From contig CAVXRD010000001.1 of the NCBI GenBank assembly GCA_963764165.1, positions 32,001-96,000 of the forward strand: a stretch of DNA of 64,000 nucleotides. The letters are read 5' to 3'. A model generated the notes under the pieces. That model was not told the origin of the DNA, searched no databases, and saw only the letters and a program-made list of their open reading frames with translations. Of the stretch, positions 59,478 through 64,000 are shown one piece after another (positions within the stretch are counted from its first letter, which is position 1; each line of letters starts with the position of its first letter). Source of the stretch: an uncultured Verrucomicrobiae bacterium. Lineage in GTDB: Bacteria > Verrucomicrobiota > Verrucomicrobiia > Limisphaerales > Palsa-1400. Made by a program: the position numbers and the translations under genes.

Positions 59478-61805
59478 ATGTTGAAACTGCACTCTGTCGC
59501 TGGACTCTGTTTGTGCGTTGGGATGGCGTTGACCGCGGTCGCGGGCTCTGTGCCCACCGGCGAAAAATTGCCTTCGTTCGGGTTTACCGGCCCGGAGATT
59601 TATCCCATTGATGACAGTGTCGCCCTGCTCCACGCCGCCGATATCGATGGCGACGGATTGATCGATTTGGTGGTTGTCAACAACAAACGTTCCAAGATTA
59701 ACATTCTCTACAATCAAACCGGAAAGACCAACGCCATTGTCACACAGCTCATCGGGCGCCGCGAAATCAACGAATTGCCACCGGACTCCCGCTTTCGCGT
59801 TGACGCCATTGCCTCAGAGAAGCGCATTTCCTCGCTGGTGGTCGCGGATTTGAACGGCGACGGAAAGCCGGATCTCGCGTATTACGGCGAGCCGAAGGAG
59901 TTGGTGGTGCAATACAATCAGGGCAGCAACACCTGGAGCACACCCAAGCGATGGCCCATCGATGACGGGCAATTGTTTGTCAATGCCCTCTGCTCTGGGG
60001 ATTTGAATGGCGACAAGCGCACTGATCTCGTTTTGCTGGGCGAAAACAATCTTTATTTTCTCGCGCAGAACGCAGACCACACTCTGGCCGAACCGCAGAA
60101 AATTCCGTTCTCCGGCGATGTCCGCGCGGCGCAAGTCCTCGATATTGATGGCGATGGGCGCGACGATCTCCTTTTGATAAATTGGGACAGCCCGAATCCG
60201 TTCCGTTTTCGCCTGCAAAACTCCGTGGGCGAACTTGGCCCGGAAATCTACTTTACGATGCCGCCAGTCCGCTCCTATCTGGCGGATGACCTGACGGGCG
60301 ATCACAAAACCGAGGTCGTGAGCATCGCCGCGAATTCCGGGCGCGCGGCTGTTTCGCATTTTATCCAGAAGCCGGCCGAGCCGCTTTCCGGGAGTTTCAA
60401 ACAGGGCCAGTTTCAGGTCTTCCCTTTGAGCCGGACGACCCGCGCGCATCGCGGCGTGTTGTGGGCGGATGTCAATGGCGACGGTTTGCCGGATCTACTG
60501 GTAGCCGAACCCGACAGCGGCCAATTGAGCCTTTATTTGCAAAAGCCCGACGGCTCGCTCGCGGCGGCCAAGACCTTCCCGACCTTTGTCGGCGTGAGCG
60601 AATTGGCGGTGAGTGATTGGGAAGGAAACGGCCATCCCGACATTTTCCTCTTGAGCAGCGATGAGCATCAAGTGGGCGTGACGAAGCTCGACGAAAAAGG
60701 GCGCATCGCGTTCCCGACGATTATTCCTCTTGACGGCAAGCCGCTGACGATGGCGGTGGGCGCACTGCAATCTGGCGCAAAACCGACCTTGGCGGTGATC
60801 GTGGAGCAGGACACCAACCGCGTGCTTGTCACCCGCCACTCGGACGGAACAAGCCATCGGCAAACGCTGAGCAGCGATTTCAAATCGATGCCCTCCTCCA
60901 TGACCATGCACGACGCGAACCAGGACGGGCTGGCCGATCTCGTCATCCTGATTCCTTACGAGAAAATCAAGGTGCTGGTGCAGAAGGAGGATAATTTGAA
61001 CTTCGAGGAAGCGGACGTTTTGCCTCCCGGCGGCAGCGCGGAAGATCCATGGCTGAGCGTGTCCGATGTGGACGGCGACGGCAAACCGGAGCTGCTGCTG
61101 GCCCAGAAAAATTTCATCCGCGCGGTCGTGCTGAAAGCCGACAATGACAAAGCCACCAACGGCAAGCCATCCTGGAACTTTTTCGTGAAAGAGCAAATCA
61201 ACGGCGCGTCGCGCGATTCGCGCATCGTCGGAGCCGCTCCGTTGAAGAACGGCGCCAACGGCATTGCCTCGATATTTCTTCTTGACGCAGAAAAGAAGCA
61301 GCTCACCTTGAGCGAGCGCGACAAGGCGGGCGTGTGGCAGGTGGTGCGCAACATGCCGCTGCCTTACAGTGAATTCACCACCTTGAAACCGGTGGGGCTT
61401 GGCTCGACCAACGCAAATTGCGTGGCTCTCGTGGGCGTCAACGCGGTCGGCACGATGGCGACCAGCGGCAGCGTCTGGCGCCTTGAGGAATTGGACAGCT
61501 ACGAAACGCCGATCAAGGATGGTTATCTTCGCGACGTGGTGTCCGGCGACCTTAATCACGATGGCCGCAAAGATCTCGTGTTCCTTGAGACCTCGAAGAA
61601 TTACCTCGATCTCGTCACGTTCGAAAAGCCGAACAAACTCGTTCCGGCGAACCGCTGGCAGGTATTTGAAGAGCGCACCTTCCGCTCCCGCCGCAACGAC
61701 GGCGCCGAGCCGCGTGAAGCCGCCGTCGCGGATGTCACCGGCGATGGCAAGGCCGACCTGATCGTGCTCGTTCATGACCGGATCCTAGTCTACCCGCAAG
61801 AATAA
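59478..61805 (+). CDS. FG-GAP/VCBS repeat secreted protein
   Basis: Signal peptide from ATG 59478; many D[ILV][DN]GDG..DL motifs. Confidence 0.9.
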   Translation: MLKLHSVAGLCLCVGMALTAVAGSVPTGEKLPSFGFTGPEIYPIDDSVALLHAADIDGDGLIDLVVVNNKRSKINILYNQTGKTNAIVTQLIGRREINELPPDSRFRVDAIASEKRISSLVVADLNGDGKPDLAYYGEPKELVVQYNQGSNTWSTPKRWPIDDGQLFVNALCSGDLNGDKRTDLVLLGENNLYFLAQNADHTLAEPQKIPFSGDVRAAQVLDIDGDGRDDLLLINWDSPNPFRFRLQNSVGELGPEIYFTMPPVRSYLADDLTGDHKTEVVSIAANSGRAAVSHFIQKPAEPLSGSFKQGQFQVFPLSRTTRAHRGVLWADVNGDGLPDLLVAEPDSGQLSLYLQKPDGSLAAAKTFPTFVGVSELAVSDWEGNGHPDIFLLSSDEHQVGVTKLDEKGRIAFPTIIPLDGKPLTMAVGALQSGAKPTLAVIVEQDTNRVLVTRHSDGTSHRQTLSSDFKSMPSSMTMHDANQDGLADLVILIPYEKIKVLVQKEDNLNFEEADVLPPGGSAEDPWLSVSDVDGDGKPELLLAQKNFIRAVVLKADNDKATNGKPSWNFFVKEQINGASRDSRIVGAAPLKNGANGIASIFLLDAEKKQLTLSERDKAGVWQVVRNMPLPYSEFTTLKPVGLGSTNANCVALVGVNAVGTMATSGSVWRLEELDSYETPIKDGYLRDVVSGDLNHDGRKDLVFLETSKNYLDLVTFEKPNKLVPANRWQVFEERTFRSRRNDGAEPREAAVADVTGDGKADLIVLVHDRILVYPQE

Positions 61806-61825
61806 TTCGCGAAGCGACCCATAAA

Positions 61826-61991
61826 GGTAAGGACGCCTCGCCGAGGCGTCTGGGGGAGGTGGAAGTTTGCAGGCGTATAAATTCGCGCAGAGATCGGGGC
61901 AAGCCAAAAGTCTTTTCGGGCCGAGCGTTTGAAAAGAAGAACATGCTCGAAACTGCCACGGCATCAGACGCCTCGGCGAGGCGTCCCTGCC
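61826..61991. repeat. REPIN-like inverted pair of GTAG-type REPs
   Basis: GGTAAGGACGCCTCGCCGAGGCGTCTG at 61826 and CAGACGCCTCGGCGAGGCGTCCCTGCC at 61965-61991. Confidence 0.85.
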
Positions 61992-62950
61992 TACTTCTGC
62001 TCATATAGCCGCGCGGTTTCGACCATAATTTTTTCGACTTGACTGTAGTATGCGTCCTCAGTCATCGAGCTTTTCTTCGATCGCAGCGCGCTGAGCTGTT
62101 GTTCCAATTCATCACGGCGGGCGCGGGCGGCAGGTGCCAGGGCCTGCTCCTCTTTCCCACGGACGAGGAACATCTGATTGGCGCGCACGCCATCGACCGA
62201 TTTGCCTTTGTCCGCTTTCTTCACGGCCAGCACTCCCCGAAACCATTCCGGCGGCGTGCCAAGGCCATCGCCGTTGTCATCGATCAGCGCATGCTCCGTC
62301 ATCAGCCGTCCCTGCTCGTGATAAAATTGTTCGACTTGACGCGATGCGGTTAGAAACGCCTCCAGCAGCGAAACCTGCCCGTCGTGATCAAGGTCGGCTT
62401 TAGGATCGCCGATGGCGCGCGCCATGTAACCGCCAAATCTCGAAAAATTGACTTCATATCCGCTGCGCGTGGAAGTGACAACCACCCTGCCCGGCGCGGA
62501 CAACGCCGTCAGAAACGGCCCGCTGGCCGAGGCGCATTGGATAATCGCCAGCGGGCGGCGGCAGGATTTCAATGCATTCGAAAGGTTCGTTGCGGAAATG
62601 TCGGGACCGCGCAAATTGAATTTCGCGCCGCCGTCGTCAAATGTTCCGTGCCCAATGAAAACCAGCCACAGTTCGCCAGTGCCGTTGGCGGCTTTCTCGG
62701 ATAGGACTGTCAATAATTGCGTCAAATCATTCGTCGCCGATTCTTTCTCGAGTCCAACGGTGCGGACACGAAATCCGCCTTTTTCCGCGGCCTTTTCCCA
62801 CAAATTGGCCCATTCGGAAAATTGCGTTTCGAACGCCGGCTCACCCGCAGCGCCGACAACGAGAACCAACGTGCGTGCGTCGTTCGTTTGAGCGCGAGCG
62901 AAGGAAGTCCCCACGCAAATCGCAAGAAGGACCGAAAGAAAAATTCTCAC
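61991..62950 (-). CDS. Secreted hypothetical protein (caspase/C13-like fold possible)
   Basis: GTG start overlapping the upstream stop; LVFIGHG, QCASASG, DLDHDGQVSL. Confidence 0.72.
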   Translation of the reverse strand: MRIFLSVLLAICVGTSFARAQTNDARTLVLVVGAAGEPAFETQFSEWANLWEKAAEKGGFRVRTVGLEKESATNDLTQLLTVLSEKAANGTGELWLVFIGHGTFDDGGAKFNLRGPDISATNLSNALKSCRRPLAIIQCASASGPFLTALSAPGRVVVTSTRSGYEVNFSRFGGYMARAIGDPKADLDHDGQVSLLEAFLTASRQVEQFYHEQGRLMTEHALIDDNGDGLGTPPEWFRGVLAVKKADKGKSVDGVRANQMFLVRGKEEQALAPAARARRDELEQQLSALRSKKSSMTEDAYYSQVEKIMVETARLYEQK

Positions 62951-64000
62951 GGCAATCCCTTCCAGCGGCGGATTCCCCACTCCGCCACAAAGCAGCCGAG
63001 GGCAAACAAATAGACCGCCGGTTCCTGCCACAGCGGCTTGCTCCACGACTCCATGACCGGCGCCTTGCGCTGCGGAAGTTTTCGCACGAAATCTGGCAAC
63101 GCGTCCACCGTCAGCACCTCGCCGCCGGTGCGTTTGGCCAGCGCTTCCAAATAAGCGCGGTTCGGCGTCAGCGAATGAAATTCCTGCCCCGCCGGATCCA
63201 TCGCCCATCCAGTCTTGGCGCGGCCGATCACTGTGCCGTCGGCGCGGGTCGCAATGGCCTCGGCGATGCGCGCGCCCGCATCGTTCTGAACGTAATCGCG
63301 CTGATACGTTCCGGCTTCGCTGGACGACGCGTCCGCCAGCAGTTGCAAATCATTGGTGGACGTGTTGGTCGACAATTGCGCCGGGCGAATTGTCAACTGA
63401 ACATTGACGTTGTCCATCGGCTTGTATTCCTCGTCGCGCACTTTGACGACGAGCCGGACCAACGAGGGATTCCCATCTGCGCCGGTTTCGGCGTGGATGG
63501 CAACGCGGGTGGGAACGTCCGACACGAGCCAGCGCACGAGTTGCCGCCAGGATTTGGCGAGATCTTTTTGGGCAGCCTCGTCGCGCATGCCGGCGCGCCA
63601 CAAATCGCCGATCATGATGGCGGCGGTGCGCCCGAGGCCGAAGCGTTGCACGGCGAGGGCGGGATGTTTGTTATTATTTTCGTCCACCACGGTGGCCAGC
63701 ACGCTGGCGCCGGGTTTTACATCCCGCACCACGTTCAGCACACTCGTAGGGCGCATTCCGTCCAGGCGCTCGCGTTCCTCGGCCTCGGTGGAGCGCAGGC
63801 GCGTCCACGGTTGCAGCCAGCCTTCGCGGGTGAGATCCAGCTTCCACTTGTCACTCGATTCGTTGAGCGCCGGGCGGTCGAGGTAAACGGGCAAAATCGA
63901 GGCAATTACCGTCCCCGCGTAGTTCCCCTGGCGAAACGATTCCGCGCCGCCCAGCATCAGAAAACCGCCTCCGCGTTCGGAAACAAAACGCTGGAGCAAT
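62947..64000 (-). CDS. Glutamine amidotransferase-like domain membrane protein (5' end outside window)
   Basis: FVSERGGGFLMLGG, GLGRTA...DLWR, WRQLVRWL, C-terminal TM EWGIRRWKGL. Confidence 0.78.
   Translation of the reverse strand, partial: LLQRFVSERGGGFLMLGGAESFRQGNYAGTVIASILPVYLDRPALNESSDKWKLDLTREGWLQPWTRLRSTEAEERERLDGMRPTSVLNVVRDVKPGASVLATVVDENNNKHPALAVQRFGLGRTAAIMIGDLWRAGMRDEAAQKDLAKSWRQLVRWLVSDVPTRVAIHAETGADGNPSLVRLVVKVRDEEYKPMDNVNVQLTIRPAQLSTNTSTNDLQLLADASSSEAGTYQRDYVQNDAGARIAEAIATRADGTVIGRAKTGWAMDPAGQEFHSLTPNRAYLEALAKRTGGEVLTVDALPDFVRKLPQRKAPVMESWSKPLWQEPAVYLFALGCFVAEWGIRRWKGLP

Overview
This ~57% GC bacterial window has gene content suggesting Verrucomicrobiota subdivision 3 (inference). 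It has five parts. (1) 1-16.2 kb: a redox/low-oxygen block with a multiheme NapC/NirT-like cytochrome, adk, hemE-hemN-hemY-hemH, an acyl-CoA synthetase-GNAT fusion, a Cys-rich GAF sigma54 activator, and AhpD-like, TPR, PRC-barrel, UspA and mini zinc-ribbon genes. Several -24/-12 promoters and a shared CGA-N4-TCG enhancer-like motif are visible. (2) 16.5-19 kb: decayed cysJ-like and class I aldolase genes. (3) About 19.0-32.2 kb: an eroded genomic island starting at a tRNA-Ala/tmRNA 3'-end att copy. It carries a truncated MOBQ relaxase, a candidate oriT, a coupling protein with a membrane partner, Schlafen-like and PIN-like cargo, an IS5-split Sel1 gene, an orphan pilin, and a large hairpin ahead of radC-like/DUF6573 genes. 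No integrase is visible. (4) 32-45 kb: host genes, an IS1182-family element inserted into the loop of a REP hairpin, a GH92-malectin enzyme and REPIN/MITE-like repeats. (5) 45-64 kb: a 2508-aa metzincin/Calx-beta/LamG surface protein, an ECF sigma-Ser/Thr kinase-partner cassette, a Cys-Cys PPC-repeat protein, an FG-GAP protein and two minus-strand genes. No CRISPR array, rRNA or complete tRNA was seen.
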